NCBI GenBank assembly: GCA_020724845.1
Contig: DYGE01000002.1
Coordinates: 35,961 to 99,960 of the forward strand
Direction of reading: 5' to 3'
Origin: Candidatus Paceibacter sp.
GTDB lineage: Bacteria; Patescibacteriota; Minisyncoccia; UBA6257; 02-FULL-45-10c
DNA length: 64,000 bases
Shown one piece after another: positions 1 to 10,475 of the stretch (positions are counted from its first letter, which is position 1; every line of letters starts with the position of its first letter). The position numbers and the translations under genes were made by a program. The notes under the pieces are model-generated. The model saw nothing but the letters and a program-made list of their open reading frames with translations. It was not told where the DNA came from and did not search any database.

Positions 1-838
1 AAAATATATTGTGAGGGTTACCGGCGACTATGCCTGGGAGCAGGGCGTTCAAAGGTTTGGGGTGAATGATCTACTCGATGACTTTCAAGATAAAAAATAC
101 GGCCTTTTTGTTGAGTTTTTGCGGAAGTGCCAAAGATTTTCAGTAAGTTCGGCAGATGTTGTTATTTCGCCGAGTAAATATCTAAAAAAAATAGCTTCCG
201 GATGGGGTATTGATGCGAATAAAATCCAAGTAATTTACAATTCCTCGGAATTGCCGGATGGCAAAATGACTAAACAGGAAGCTCGAGAGAGGCTGGGTCT
301 TGGCGGGAATATTTTATTATCGGCCGGCAGATTGGTCCCTTGGAAAGGTTTTGGCTTGTTGATTGAGATTCTGCCGAGGCTTTTGGGAGAATATCCGGAT
401 TTAAGGTTGGTAATTTTAGGCGACGGCCCTGAGCGCGCAGCGCTTGAGTTAAAAGCCAAAAACCTGAAGCTTGAAGCTAATGTATCATTTACCGGCAAGC
501 TGCCAAAGGCGGAGCTGCTGCAATATTTGGCTGCTGCTGATGTATTCGCCCTGAATACGGCTTATGAAGGATTTTCTCATCAGATCATTGAAGCAATGAG
601 TTTTGGCTTGCCTGTGATTACGACGAGAGTCGGCGGGAATCCGGAAATCGTCAGAGATGGTGAGAGCGGATTCTTAGGAAGTTATAATGACCCTGTTTTT
701 TTCAGAGATTCTATTAGGAAAATCTTGGCGGATGCCGGCTCTAGATCCAAGCTTGGAGAGGGCGCCAGAGCGGCCGCGGACAGGTTTTCAAAAGAAAGAA
801 TGCTCAAGGAATTAAGCGAACTACTGAACTCTTTATGA
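1..838 (+). CDS. Glycosyltransferase family 1 (GT4-like), C-terminal part; 5' end truncated by window edge
   Basis: ORF 11..838 is open to the window start. It carries the GT1 C-terminal signature (EAMSFGLPVITTRVGGNPEIVRDGESGFL). Confidence 0.75.
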   Translation, partial: KYIVRVTGDYAWEQGVQRFGVNDLLDDFQDKKYGLFVEFLRKCQRFSVSSADVVISPSKYLKKIASGWGIDANKIQVIYNSSELPDGKMTKQEARERLGLGGNILLSAGRLVPWKGFGLLIEILPRLLGEYPDLRLVILGDGPERAALELKAKNLKLEANVSFTGKLPKAELLQYLAAADVFALNTAYEGFSHQIIEAMSFGLPVITTRVGGNPEIVRDGESGFLGSYNDPVFFRDSIRKILADAGSRSKLGEGARAAADRFSKERMLKELSELLNSL

Positions 839-3084
839 TTAAGGTTTTAATGCTCTCTACTGACCAAAAGATTTTGGAGAAAGGGTCGGCGGCGCAAAAA
901 AGAATGTTGGAATATGGAGAGCTCTTTAAAGAGCTGCATATTGTTGTCTTTACGACGCAACCTACAACTGACAACCTACAACTAACAACTAATACCTGGG
1001 TTTACCCAACCAATACAAAATGGAAGCCGCTTTATTTTAGGGATGCCTATAAAATTGGAAAAGATATCTTGAGCGGTTCGCATGATTCGGATAAGAGTTC
1101 GGGTAATTCGGATTATGCAATTACTACGCAGGACCCATTTGAAACCGGCTTAATCGGCTGGCTGCTTAAAGCGAAATTTGGTCTTCCGTTGCAGCTGCAA
1201 ATTCATACTGATATCTTCAGCCCGTATTTTAGGCAGGAATCTTTGAAAAACAGGATTCGCGTACTACTGGCAAGGTTTTTGTTGCCTCGCGCAGATGGCA
1301 TCCGTGTTGTCTCTGAACGTATCAAACAATCTCTCATATCCCGTGTCTCATATCCCGCATCTCATATCTCTGTTTTGCCGATCTCTGTTGATGTCAAAAA
1401 AATCCGAAACAAAAAAGTTAAAACCGATTTGCGGCAAAAATATCCGGACCGTGATTTTATAATCCTGATGGCTTCCCGCCTGACTAAAGAAAAAAATATC
1501 GGTTTAGCAATTGACGCCATGAAGGAATTGCTAAGCGCTAAACGCTTAACGCTAACTCCTTTGCTCCTCATTGTTGGCGATGGCCCGGAGCGCAGTAATC
1601 TGGAGTCAAGAATTAAGAATTATGAATTATGGGACAGCGTAAAAATAGAGAATTGGACCGATGATCTTGCTTCATATTATAAAACTGCCGATATATTTTT
1701 GCTTACTTCTAATTATGAGGGATATGGCCGTACCGCGATTGAAGCGATGGCAGCTGGTTTGCCGGTAATAATGACGGACGTCGGCCTTGCCGGGGAGTTG
1801 CTGGTTGACGATTTGGATGGGGCGGTGGTTCCGGTGGGCGACAAAAAAGCGCTGGCGGAATCAATTTCAAGGCTGGCTAATAATAAAGAAGTTACAGAAG
1901 GCTTTATAAAGGAGTCGGAAAAGCTCATCAACTCTTTGCCGGAAAAAAGCGAATATCTTGCTTCATATAAGGAATCTTTAGAAATACTGGCTTCTTCGCA
2001 AAAAGCGAAATTATGTTATGTTTTGCCGAAATATGATCCTAATGACAGCACTCACTTTTCTTACTTGCGTGATTTTTTGAAGGAAATTTCCAAATCGTTT
2101 GATATATTTTTAGTTGTGGAAAAAGGAGAAATCCCTCCAGCCGACTTAGGTTACCGAAAAGCAAAAATCTCTCGAATCAGCCTTTGGCCGATTTTGCGGG
2201 CCAGGTTTTCCGGATACAGAGATTTCTATATCCATTATTCGTTTCGGGCAGCCTTTTGGGCTTCGTTGGTGGTGAGAATTTTTGGGGGCAGGGTATTTTA
2301 TTGGAATTGCGGAGAGCCTTGGAAATATCGCAGGAATTTTTTGCGGGAACTATTTGAGGACAGCGCGTACCATTTGATTACTTTTTTAGTGACTGGAACG
2401 GAATCATTGGCAAAACAATATGCCAATTATTATAAAATCCCGCTTGGGAAAATTAAGATTATGTCGAATTGGATCAACTTAGATCGAATTATGAATCAAG
2501 AATCAAGAATCAAGAAAGAGGAATTAGGGATTAAAGAGGGGACGAAAATTTTGCTTTTTGCGCACCGGCTATCAAAAAGAAAGGGGGCGCATTACTTGCC
2601 GGAAATCGCGAAAAATCTGAATCCCATTATTCATGATTCGTTATTCGTGATTCTTGTAGTCGGAGACGGCCCCGAGCGCGAGGAAATAGAATTAAGAATT
2701 AAGAATTATGAATTAGGGAATAAAGTTCGATTTTTGGGATCTATACCTAATCATCGGTTGCCCGGATATTATTCGCTTGCTGACGTATTTATAATGCCTT
2801 CCGACGAGGAGGGATTCCCGCACGTTTTATTGGAATCCATGGCTGCTGGCACGCCTTTCGTTGCCAGCGACGTCGGCAGCGTTAAAGAAATCATTCCTGA
2901 AGCGATGCAAAAATATGCGGTAAAAGCAGGAGATGTCCTTGGTTTTTCGGATAAAATAAATGAGTTGTTGTTGAAATCTCCGAAAGAGCTGGAGCATCTT
3001 GGCGAGTCATTAAAAGATTGGGTGAAACGTTATGATCTGCCGATTGTGGCTAGAAAATTCACAAATCTAATCAATAATGGCTAG
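835..3084 (+). CDS. Tandem (duplicated) glycosyltransferase family 1 protein, two GT-B modules in one 749-aa polypeptide
   Basis: Two separate GT1 C-terminal cores: ..IVGDGPERSNLESRIKNYELWDSV..EGYGRTAIEAMAAGLPVIMTD.. and ..VVGDGPEREEIELRIKNYELGNKV..EGFPHVLLESMAAGTPFVASD... Start overlaps the stop of the upstream GT. The gene also contains several short in-gene tandem repeats. Confidence 0.75.
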   Translation: MIKVLMLSTDQKILEKGSAAQKRMLEYGELFKELHIVVFTTQPTTDNLQLTTNTWVYPTNTKWKPLYFRDAYKIGKDILSGSHDSDKSSGNSDYAITTQDPFETGLIGWLLKAKFGLPLQLQIHTDIFSPYFRQESLKNRIRVLLARFLLPRADGIRVVSERIKQSLISRVSYPASHISVLPISVDVKKIRNKKVKTDLRQKYPDRDFIILMASRLTKEKNIGLAIDAMKELLSAKRLTLTPLLLIVGDGPERSNLESRIKNYELWDSVKIENWTDDLASYYKTADIFLLTSNYEGYGRTAIEAMAAGLPVIMTDVGLAGELLVDDLDGAVVPVGDKKALAESISRLANNKEVTEGFIKESEKLINSLPEKSEYLASYKESLEILASSQKAKLCYVLPKYDPNDSTHFSYLRDFLKEISKSFDIFLVVEKGEIPPADLGYRKAKISRISLWPILRARFSGYRDFYIHYSFRAAFWASLVVRIFGGRVFYWNCGEPWKYRRNFLRELFEDSAYHLITFLVTGTESLAKQYANYYKIPLGKIKIMSNWINLDRIMNQESRIKKEELGIKEGTKILLFAHRLSKRKGAHYLPEIAKNLNPIIHDSLFVILVVGDGPEREEIELRIKNYELGNKVRFLGSIPNHRLPGYYSLADVFIMPSDEEGFPHVLLESMAAGTPFVASDVGSVKEIIPEAMQKYAVKAGDVLGFSDKINELLLKSPKELEHLGESLKDWVKRYDLPIVARKFTNLINNG

Positions 3085-3820
3085 GATTATCGCCATCATT
3101 CCAACTTATAACGAAAATGATTCCATCGGACGCTTAATTGACGCGCTAGAGAGGGAGTTCGGAAAAATTCAAAATCACGATTTTGAGATTGTCGTGGTTG
3201 ATGCCAATTCTCCTGACGGGACGGCCGAGACTGTCAAGGAAAGAAAAAAGTTATATAAGAATATAGAGCTTATCGTTGAAAAGAAGAGGCGCGGATTGGG
3301 CTTGGCGTATATTGCCGGGATGCGGCGCGCGATTGGCCAGCTCGGAGCGGACGCTATTATTGAATTTGACGGCGATTGGCAGCATAACCCGGAAGATATC
3401 AAGCGATTAGTGGCAGAATTTGATAATGGTTACGATTACGTAATCGGATCGCGATACGTCTCCGGAGGAGGCGTGCCGGAGGAGTGGGGATGGCATAGGA
3501 AGTTATTAAGCAAATATGGCAGCCTGTTTATCCGCTGGGCGCTTCACCTCTCGGTTCATGACGCTACTTCCGGTTTCAAGCTCTCCAGGGTGGCTGGATT
3601 TGCTGAAAAAATGCCGTTAAGCGAAAAACAGATCTTGTCCAAGCGGCATGCCTATAAAATCCACCTGCTCTACGAAATGATAAAGCGGGGCGCTAAAGTT
3701 AAAGAGGTTCCTATTGTTTTTTCCGAGCGGCAAAGAGGCAGTTCCAAAAGTGCCGCGGAAGATATTTTTGAGTCACTGAAAGTAGTTTTTATCTTATGGA
3801 TAAGAAGCCTGAAAAATTAA
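3077..3820 (+). CDS. GT2 family glycosyltransferase, polyprenol-phosphate mannosyl/glucosyl-transferase (DPM1/GtrB-like)
   Basis: N-terminus IIPTYNENDSIGRLIDAL..VVVDANSPDGT is typical of dolichol-P/undecaprenol-P hexose synthases. Length 247 aa. Confidence 0.7.
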   Translation: MARIIAIIPTYNENDSIGRLIDALEREFGKIQNHDFEIVVVDANSPDGTAETVKERKKLYKNIELIVEKKRRGLGLAYIAGMRRAIGQLGADAIIEFDGDWQHNPEDIKRLVAEFDNGYDYVIGSRYVSGGGVPEEWGWHRKLLSKYGSLFIRWALHLSVHDATSGFKLSRVAGFAEKMPLSEKQILSKRHAYKIHLLYEMIKRGAKVKEVPIVFSERQRGSSKSAAEDIFESLKVVFILWIRSLKN

Positions 3821-4950
3821 AAATTTATTACATTGCTAATGCTAGAATGCCGACCGAAAAGGCCCACGGCATTCAGCTGGCAAAAATGTGCGAAGCTTTC
3901 GTGAAACAGGGTGTTGATTTGGAATTGATCCTGCCGCGAAAAATAAATCTGGAAAAAGACTCAATTGAAAGTTTCTACGAACTGCGATCGCCCTTAAAAG
4001 TGAAGAAGCTGCCGGTCCTGCATTTCGGAACTTCTTACTGGGCGGATTTTACCTTAAGCGCTTTAACTTTTTCGATTTCTTATTTTATCTATATGATTTT
4101 GGAGAAGCTAAAGGGGAGAAAGGGGGTTATCTATACGATAGATCTGGATTATTTTTCATTTTCTTTGATTCCACTGCTTGGTATGCCGTACTTTATGGAA
4201 ATTCACGGAGAGAAGAAAAATACTCTCGCTCATCGGCTGATGTTCCGTTCCGTTCGGGGCATTATTACCATCAACCGTTATATTAAGCGGCAGCTCATGG
4301 AAACATTTAGTATTCCTTCTGAAAAGATTATCGTTCACCCAAATGGGATTGACCTTGATTTGTTTTCCGGCGCTATTTCCCGCGATGAAGCCAGATTAAA
4401 ACTTGGCCTGAAAAAGGACGTTGCCATCGCGCTTTATACCGGCCAATTTTACGACTGGAAAGGGCTGGAAATCCTTGTTTCCCTTGCCAGCCGCCTTGAT
4501 GGCATTTATCTTTATGTGGTGGGAGGAACTCCGGAGGAATTCAAAAAGCTAACCGGCATCAACGAGATTCCTTCCAATATGGTTATAGCCGGCAGGGCGG
4601 AGTTTAAGGACATCCCCCTTTGGCTGGCCGCGAGCGATGTATTGGCGGTAATCGGAACCAAAAAAAACAACTATTCTTACCTGTATACCTCTCCAATGAA
4701 GCTTTTTGAGTATCTGGCGGCGAAGCGCCCGATTGTCGCCAGCGAAACCCCGTCTAATAAAGAGATTGTGTCCGAAAAGGAGGTATTATTTTATGAACCG
4801 GATAATGCCGATGATTTCGCGGAGAAGGTCCGGTTTGCGGCGAGGAATCGGGACGCAATGAGTTCCTATATAGATGCCGGCTTGCGAAAGGCCAAGGAAT
4901 TTTCATGGGAAAACAGGGCCAGGCGCATTATTGAATTTATCAATTTATGA
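3796..4950 (+). CDS. Glycosyltransferase family 1
   Basis: 384-aa GT-B-sized ORF; the C-terminal half has a GT1-like core (..LFEYLAAKRPIVASETPSNKEIV..). Confidence 0.6.
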   Translation: MDKKPEKLKIYYIANARMPTEKAHGIQLAKMCEAFVKQGVDLELILPRKINLEKDSIESFYELRSPLKVKKLPVLHFGTSYWADFTLSALTFSISYFIYMILEKLKGRKGVIYTIDLDYFSFSLIPLLGMPYFMEIHGEKKNTLAHRLMFRSVRGIITINRYIKRQLMETFSIPSEKIIVHPNGIDLDLFSGAISRDEARLKLGLKKDVAIALYTGQFYDWKGLEILVSLASRLDGIYLYVVGGTPEEFKKLTGINEIPSNMVIAGRAEFKDIPLWLAASDVLAVIGTKKNNYSYLYTSPMKLFEYLAAKRPIVASETPSNKEIVSEKEVLFYEPDNADDFAEKVRFAARNRDAMSSYIDAGLRKAKEFSWENRARRIIEFINL

Positions 4951-5555
4951 AAAATATGAATAAATTATTAACGCCGCGGATTTTTACCTTAAGCGGGCTG
5001 GTCCGCGAAGACATTTTTGAAGGAAGGCGGGTGCTTGACGTAGGATGCGGAAACCGGAAACTTCCCGGTTCTGTGGGAATGGATATAATTAAAAACTCCC
5101 AGGCGGATATAGTGCACGACCTTTCCTCTTTTCCATGGCCGGTAGGCTCTGATTCTTTCGATATCGTCTTTTTGAATAGCGTCTTGGAACACGTTCCGGA
5201 TGTTTTAAAAACGATGGGAGAGCTTCATAGGATCGCGAAAAATGGCGGGCGTATCGTCATTAAGGTTCCGTATTTTCGTTCAGTTGACGCGTTCGCCGAT
5301 CCGAGCCATTATCACTTTTTTGCCTCCAGCTCCATGGATTTTTTCATTGAGGGAACAGAGTTTCGGCACTATGGTTATGTTCCGTTTCATTTTAAAAAAT
5401 TGGGTTTTTGGTACGGGTGGCCGCATAGATCTCGAAATCCAATCAAGCAGATCATTAAACTATTTGTGCATCGATTCCCGAACTTTTATGACCAGTACCT
5501 ATCCCTGCTTCTTCCGGTAGAGTGCGTTTTCTGGGAATTAGAAGTCGTGAAATAA
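4947..5555 (+). CDS. Class I SAM-dependent methyltransferase
   Basis: Motif I VLDVGCGNRKL and the Methyltransf_11-like downstream segments NSVLEHVPD and GGRIVI. Confidence 0.7.
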   Translation: MKNMNKLLTPRIFTLSGLVREDIFEGRRVLDVGCGNRKLPGSVGMDIIKNSQADIVHDLSSFPWPVGSDSFDIVFLNSVLEHVPDVLKTMGELHRIAKNGGRIVIKVPYFRSVDAFADPSHYHFFASSSMDFFIEGTEFRHYGYVPFHFKKLGFWYGWPHRSRNPIKQIIKLFVHRFPNFYDQYLSLLLPVECVFWELEVVK

Positions 5556-5558
5556 GTT

Positions 5559-6647
5559 ATGAAAATTGGCATTATTCTTCATCCTTACGGCGAAACCATG
5601 CCCGGCGGCCTGCCGCGGGTGATTTTTGAGTGGACTAAGGCGCTGCTGGAGCGGGATCAAGAGAATGAATATATTATTTACGTAAAAAACCAGCCGAAAT
5701 CACCGCCTTCGCTTCCGGGGAAAAATTGGAAGCTGGAAGTTTTAGGATCTGGCCTTTTCTGGTTGAATCGCCTTAAGAAATCGTCCTCGGCTGATGTTTA
5801 TATCTTCAACACCCCGATTCTGCCGCTTTTCTTCAGGCCCAAGAAATCTGTATTGATAGTTTACGATTATCCGTACAAGCATCTTCCGCCGAAAGACATG
5901 AAAGACCGCTTTCGCCGAGTTATTATCGGCTGGTATCATAAATTTTCCCTTAAGCGCGCCGATGCGATAGTGTCCATATCCCAATCCACCAAAGACGAAA
6001 CGGTCAGGATTTTTGGAGTTCCGCCGGAGAAAATTTCCGTTATCTATCACGGCTTTAAGAGTATCTGCGATGTTCCGGAATCAAAAATCGATTTGCCGGA
6101 GAAGTTTTTCATTTTTGCCGGGACTATCAAGGAGCGCAAAAACGTTTTTAATATTGTGAAAGCGTATCGCGAGTTCAAAAAATCTTCTCCGGGAGCGAAA
6201 GAAAAGCTGGTTATCGGCGGGAAAAGCGAGGGAGCTTATTATGAATCCATTAAAAAGTATGTTCAGGAGGAGGGGTTGGAAAATGATGTTATTTTTGCCG
6301 GATACCTTAATGACGGGCAATTATCCTACGCTTATCGCCGGGCTTCCGCGCTGGTCTTTCCAAGCATCATTGAAGGTTCCGGGAACCCGATTCTGGAGGC
6401 GATGGACTGCGGAATTCCGGTGATAACTTCCAACATTTTTGGTCCGGCCGAGTTGGGCAGCGACGGATCGGCTCTTTTAGTTGATCCTTATAGCGTTCCG
6501 GAGCTGGCTAAGGCTATGGCAAGAATTTCTGGCGATGAGAGCCTAAGAGAACAGTTGGTTTCCAGGGGCCGCGATCAGATTAAAAAATTCTCCTGGGACA
6601 AGGCGGTAACGGAGCTTCTGAAGATTATAGATTCTCTATGCGGGTAG
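5559..6647 (+). CDS. Glycosyltransferase family 1
   Basis: GT1 C-terminal core (FPSIIEGSGNPILEAMDCGIPVITSNIFGPAE). Length 362 aa. Confidence 0.75.
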   Translation: MKIGIILHPYGETMPGGLPRVIFEWTKALLERDQENEYIIYVKNQPKSPPSLPGKNWKLEVLGSGLFWLNRLKKSSSADVYIFNTPILPLFFRPKKSVLIVYDYPYKHLPPKDMKDRFRRVIIGWYHKFSLKRADAIVSISQSTKDETVRIFGVPPEKISVIYHGFKSICDVPESKIDLPEKFFIFAGTIKERKNVFNIVKAYREFKKSSPGAKEKLVIGGKSEGAYYESIKKYVQEEGLENDVIFAGYLNDGQLSYAYRRASALVFPSIIEGSGNPILEAMDCGIPVITSNIFGPAELGSDGSALLVDPYSVPELAKAMARISGDESLREQLVSRGRDQIKKFSWDKAVTELLKIIDSLCG

Positions 6648-7726
6648 GTTTTCTAACTCACAATTTAAGACACGATAACGGAGCGGGAGTATTTTCCAGG
6701 CGCCTCATTGCCGGCGTAAAAAAAAGCCTTAATTGCGAAGTAGTGGCGCTGACCACTATCCCTTCCGGAGATGATTTTGAGAAACCGATTATTTATCCCG
6801 GCAAGCGGCGTCTTTTAATGTCGCTCTTTGCCATCAGGCGGGTGTTGAAGGATTGCGATGTTATCCATGCTTTAGACGGCTATCCCTATGGCGTAGTAGC
6901 GGTTCTGGCATCGCTCGGTCTCAAGAAAAAAATCATAATTACTGCTGTAGGAACCGGCTCAATCAACCCCTTATACCGACCCTTCTATTCCCGGCTTCTT
7001 AAATACAGTTATCGGAAGGCGAACAGGGTAACGGCAATCAGCCGGTTCACGAAAAATGAAATTTTAAAAAGAGTCCCGAATCTTGATATTGAAGTTATTA
7101 ATCACGGGGTAGATTTTAAGAAATACCAAGCTGTCTCCGGCTCTGAAAAATTTTCCAAATATCAGCCATACATTCTAAGCGTGGGCTCTTTGCGTTGGCG
7201 CAAGGGATACCATTTGAGCATCCCTGCTTTTGCCAAAGTAAGCGAGGCCTTTCCGGATTTGAAATATCTTATCGTCGGGAAAAGATATGCCAAAGATTAT
7301 TACGATCGGCTAAATGGTCTCATCGGGGAATATAACTTGAAAGACAAGGTGATACTACTTGATTCGGTTGATAAGTTTGAAGACTTAGTTGCGGCTTACA
7401 GGGGCGCGGAATTGTTCTGTTTGCTCTCCCAAAATATCCGGCACGACGTTGAGGGGTTTGGACTGGTCTTCTTAGAGGCGGCGGCGGCCGGCTTGCCGGT
7501 CGTAGGCAGCAAGGGCGGCGGCGTGGAAGACGCGGTTTTGGAAGGCGAGAACGGCCTTTTAGTCCCGGAAACCAGCCAGGAAGATTTCGCGGGCGCGATA
7601 ATCAAAATTTTAAGGGACAGGGCCATGATGGAGCGAATGTCAGCGGCGTCTCTGCGATTAGCCAATTCCTTTGATTGGAGCGGGCAGATATCCAAATATA
7701 TTGATTTATATCGTGAATTAAGTTAA
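6638..7726 (+). CDS. Glycosyltransferase family 1
   Basis: [38 protein letters not shown] is the classic GT4 E-x7-E region. Confidence 0.8.
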   Translation: MRVGFLTHNLRHDNGAGVFSRRLIAGVKKSLNCEVVALTTIPSGDDFEKPIIYPGKRRLLMSLFAIRRVLKDCDVIHALDGYPYGVVAVLASLGLKKKIIITAVGTGSINPLYRPFYSRLLKYSYRKANRVTAISRFTKNEILKRVPNLDIEVINHGVDFKKYQAVSGSEKFSKYQPYILSVGSLRWRKGYHLSIPAFAKVSEAFPDLKYLIVGKRYAKDYYDRLNGLIGEYNLKDKVILLDSVDKFEDLVAAYRGAELFCLLSQNIRHDVEGFGLVFLEAAAAGLPVVGSKGGGVEDAVLEGENGLLVPETSQEDFAGAIIKILRDRAMMERMSAASLRLANSFDWSGQISKYIDLYRELS

Positions 7727-7769
7727 TAATGTTACCAGGCTTATAAGGGTTAAGTTATATCTATTACTT

Positions 7770-8783
7770 ATGGAACAACGGCCAAAAAAAGCGCTTATTA
7801 CCGGAGTTACTGGTCAGGACGGCTCTTACATGGCCGATCTTTTGTTATCTAAAGGATATGAAGTGCACGGTTTGGTAAGGCGATCCTCTACTTTCAATAC
7901 CGAGAGGATTGACCATCTTTATGGAGGAACGGTTCAGGAAGCAAAGGGCAGGTTTTTTATGCATTACGGCGACCTGACTGACACTAATTCTCTGATTCAG
8001 ATATTAAGCAAAGTTAATCCGGATGAAGTATATCATTTCGGGGCGCAGAGCCATGTCAGGATCAGCTTTGATATTCCGGAGTCAACAGCTCAAACCACCG
8101 GGATTTCAACTCTGAAAATTCTGGAGGCCTTGCGCATCGTTAACCCGAAAGCGAAATTCTATCAGGCGTCTTCCAGCGAGATGTTCGGAAAGATTCAAGA
8201 GAACCCGCAAACCGAGAAGACCCCCTTCTATCCGCGCAGCCCCTATGGGGTTTCTAAGGTGTTTGCTTATTGGATGGCGGTTAATTACCGCGAGGCTTAT
8301 GGCATGTTTGCCTGCAACGGCATTCTTTTCAATCATGAATCTCCGAGGCGCGGAGAGAATTTCGTCACCAGGAAAATAACTACCGGCTTAGCCAAGATTC
8401 TTGCCGGCAAGCAGAAAAAAATTTATTTGGGAAATCTTGACGCGAAAAGAGACTGGGGTTACGCGCCGGAGTATGTGGAGGCGGCTTGGCGCATGCTTCA
8501 GCAGGAGCGGCCGGATGATTACGTGGTTGCCACCGGCGAAACCCGCACGATTAAGGAGTTTGTCGAAGAGTCTTTCCGTTTCGCTGGAATTAATGACTGG
8601 GAAAATTATATTGAGATTGATCCTCGCTACTATCGGCCAACGGAGGTTGATGTGCTTATCGGCGATGCTTCCAAGGCCAAAGAAAAACTGGGCTGGGAGC
8701 CGAAGACTAAATTCAAAGATTTGGTGAAGATTATGGTCAAGGCGGATTGCGAAAAACACGGGGTTCAATTAAAAGAAGTATAA
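7770..8783 (+). CDS. gmd: GDP-mannose 4,6-dehydratase
   Basis: [45 protein letters not shown] is a near-canonical GMD N-terminus. Length 337 aa with a YxxxK SDR core. Confidence 0.92.
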   Translation: MEQRPKKALITGVTGQDGSYMADLLLSKGYEVHGLVRRSSTFNTERIDHLYGGTVQEAKGRFFMHYGDLTDTNSLIQILSKVNPDEVYHFGAQSHVRISFDIPESTAQTTGISTLKILEALRIVNPKAKFYQASSSEMFGKIQENPQTEKTPFYPRSPYGVSKVFAYWMAVNYREAYGMFACNGILFNHESPRRGENFVTRKITTGLAKILAGKQKKIYLGNLDAKRDWGYAPEYVEAAWRMLQQERPDDYVVATGETRTIKEFVEESFRFAGINDWENYIEIDPRYYRPTEVDVLIGDASKAKEKLGWEPKTKFKDLVKIMVKADCEKHGVQLKEV

Positions 8784-8826
8784 AAATTTTTTGTAAACGA
8801 CGATAGGGTATATTTGTACTTAAGAG

Positions 8827-8966
8827 CGGGTAGATGTCCTCTGTGCGGCAACTACGGAGCGCCAGATTGCTTGGTTGTCCATCGGACAAATTTGGCGTGA
8901 GGCGTAGGCGGCGTCAATCGCAGGAATTGGCGAACGCCGGTGCCGGTAAGAGGATATCTGCCCGCT
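8827..8966 (+). repeat. Structured palindrome-bounded repeat, copy B (forward core)
   Basis: Outer arms gcgggtagatgtcctct / agaggatatctgcccgc pair with G-U wobbles. The core CTCTGTGCGGCAACT.ACGGA...GGTGCCGGTAAGAG is shared with the copies at 10201, 12697, 32378 and 59814. Confidence 0.85.
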
Positions 8967-8985
8967 TCTAACTTGGAGAAATACT

Positions 8986-10194
8986 ATGAAAAAAATTAAC
9001 TATCAGATTGGCGTCGGTTGCGCCGATATCACTCAAAAAGAAAAAAGCTATGTAATGGACGTTCTCAACAAAGAACGTCTTTCGCACGGCCCTTACAGCC
9101 AAAAATTTGAAAAATCCTTTGCCAAGGCCCACGGCTGCAAATACGGCCTTTTCGTAAATAGCGGAACCGGCGCGCTCCGTATTGCTGTTGCCGCCCTGAA
9201 AGAAGCGGAAGGATGGAAGGATGGCGACGAGGTGCTTTGCCCAGCGGTTACTTTTGTCGCCTCCTCCAATGTGATTATCATGAACGGCCTAAAGCCGGTT
9301 TTTGTGGATGTGGACAGCCGAACCTATAACATTGACCCGCGTGAGATAGAAAAGCATATTACTCCGAAAACTAAGGCAATAATGGTGGTTAATCTATTCG
9401 GCCAGCCGGCCGACATGGAGCCGATGTTGAAAATCGCCCGCAAGTATAAATTAAAAGTTATTGAAGATTCTTGCGAGACTATGTTCGTGAAATATAAGGG
9501 CAAGCCGGTCGGCTCATTCGGGGATATCAGCTGTTTTTCCACTTATGTCGCTCATCTTTTGGTTACTGGCGTTGGCGGTTTAGCGTGCACTAATAATCAA
9601 AAATATGCGGAAATTATGAAGAGCTTGGCTAATCATGGCCGGGATAACATTTATTTACATATTGATGATGATAAAAATCTAAGCCGGCGCCGGCTTGCTC
9701 AATTGGTGTCGCGAAGATTTAATTTTATCCGCCTTGGTTACAGCTTTAGGGCGACGGAAATGGAGGCAGCTCTCGGGTTGGCCCAGATGGAAAGGAAGGA
9801 TAAAATTTTAAAAGCTCGCAAGAAGAATGCCGGATATTTAATTAACAAACTGAAACCGCTTGAAAAATACCTTCAGCTGCCATGGCATCCTAAATACGCG
9901 GAACATTCTTTTATGATGTTCCCGATAGTGGTTAAGAAAGATTCAGGAATCCGTAAGGCCGATTTGGTAATGCATCTGGAAAACTATAACGTTGAAACCA
10001 GGGACATGCTTCCGCTTTTGAATCAGCCGATTTACAAAAAGCTCTTTGGAAATCTTGAGAACCGATATCCGGTTGCCAAATGGGTCAATGACAATGGCTT
10101 TTACATCGGCTGCCACCAAAAGCTTTCCAAGAAAGAACTGGATTATATCGTAGCGGTATTTAAAGACTTTTTTGATAGTAGAAAAATTATTTAG
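8986..10194 (+). CDS. DegT/DnrJ/EryC1 family PLP enzyme of the His-variant (ColD/E1-like) subgroup; likely NDP-4-keto-6-deoxyhexose 3-dehydratase
   Basis: Sugar-aminotransferase fold (..GLFVNSGTGALRIAVAAL..), but the Schiff-base lysine position reads FSTYVAHLLVTGVGG, i.e. His not Lys, as in ColD. It lies directly downstream of gmd. Confidence 0.6.
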   Translation: MKKINYQIGVGCADITQKEKSYVMDVLNKERLSHGPYSQKFEKSFAKAHGCKYGLFVNSGTGALRIAVAALKEAEGWKDGDEVLCPAVTFVASSNVIIMNGLKPVFVDVDSRTYNIDPREIEKHITPKTKAIMVVNLFGQPADMEPMLKIARKYKLKVIEDSCETMFVKYKGKPVGSFGDISCFSTYVAHLLVTGVGGLACTNNQKYAEIMKSLANHGRDNIYLHIDDDKNLSRRRLAQLVSRRFNFIRLGYSFRATEMEAALGLAQMERKDKILKARKKNAGYLINKLKPLEKYLQLPWHPKYAEHSFMMFPIVVKKDSGIRKADLVMHLENYNVETRDMLPLLNQPIYKKLFGNLENRYPVAKWVNDNGFYIGCHQKLSKKELDYIVAVFKDFFDSRKII

Positions 10195-10200
10195 ACACAG

Positions 10201-10446
10201 GAAATCAGAAAGAGTATTTTCTTTAGACTCGGGCTGCGCGGTGGGGACAAAGTGTCATAACCAGAAAGTATCCTCTTACCGGCACCAGCGTTCGCTGATT
10301 CCTGCGATCAGCGCCGCTTACGTCTCATCCTGATTTTCGCAAGCGAACCGAGCAAATCAGGATTCCGTCAGTTGCCGCACAGAGGATACTTTCTGGTTAT
10401 GTTTATCAGGTGGAGGCGGTCTAAAGAAAATACTCTTTCTGATTTC
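10201..10446. repeat. Composite repeat, copy A: perfect 28-bp outer TIR, perfect 18-bp inner IR, and the conserved core in reverse orientation
   Basis: 10201-10228 gaaatcagaaagagtattttctttagac is the exact reverse complement of 10419-10446. The inner IR is aaccagaaagtatcctct (10259-10276) versus agaggatactttctggtt (10381-10398). The core between them is the reverse complement of the copy D/E core. Confidence 0.9.
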
Positions 10447-10475
10447 TAAATTCGTTTATATAATAAAAAGTACTT

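Noticed and set aside
8827-8966. Group II intron: the repeat core begins GUGCG like the group II 5' consensus.
   Set aside because: The elements are only ~115-210 nt with no domain V/VI signature and no IEP ORF, and they lie between genes, not within them.
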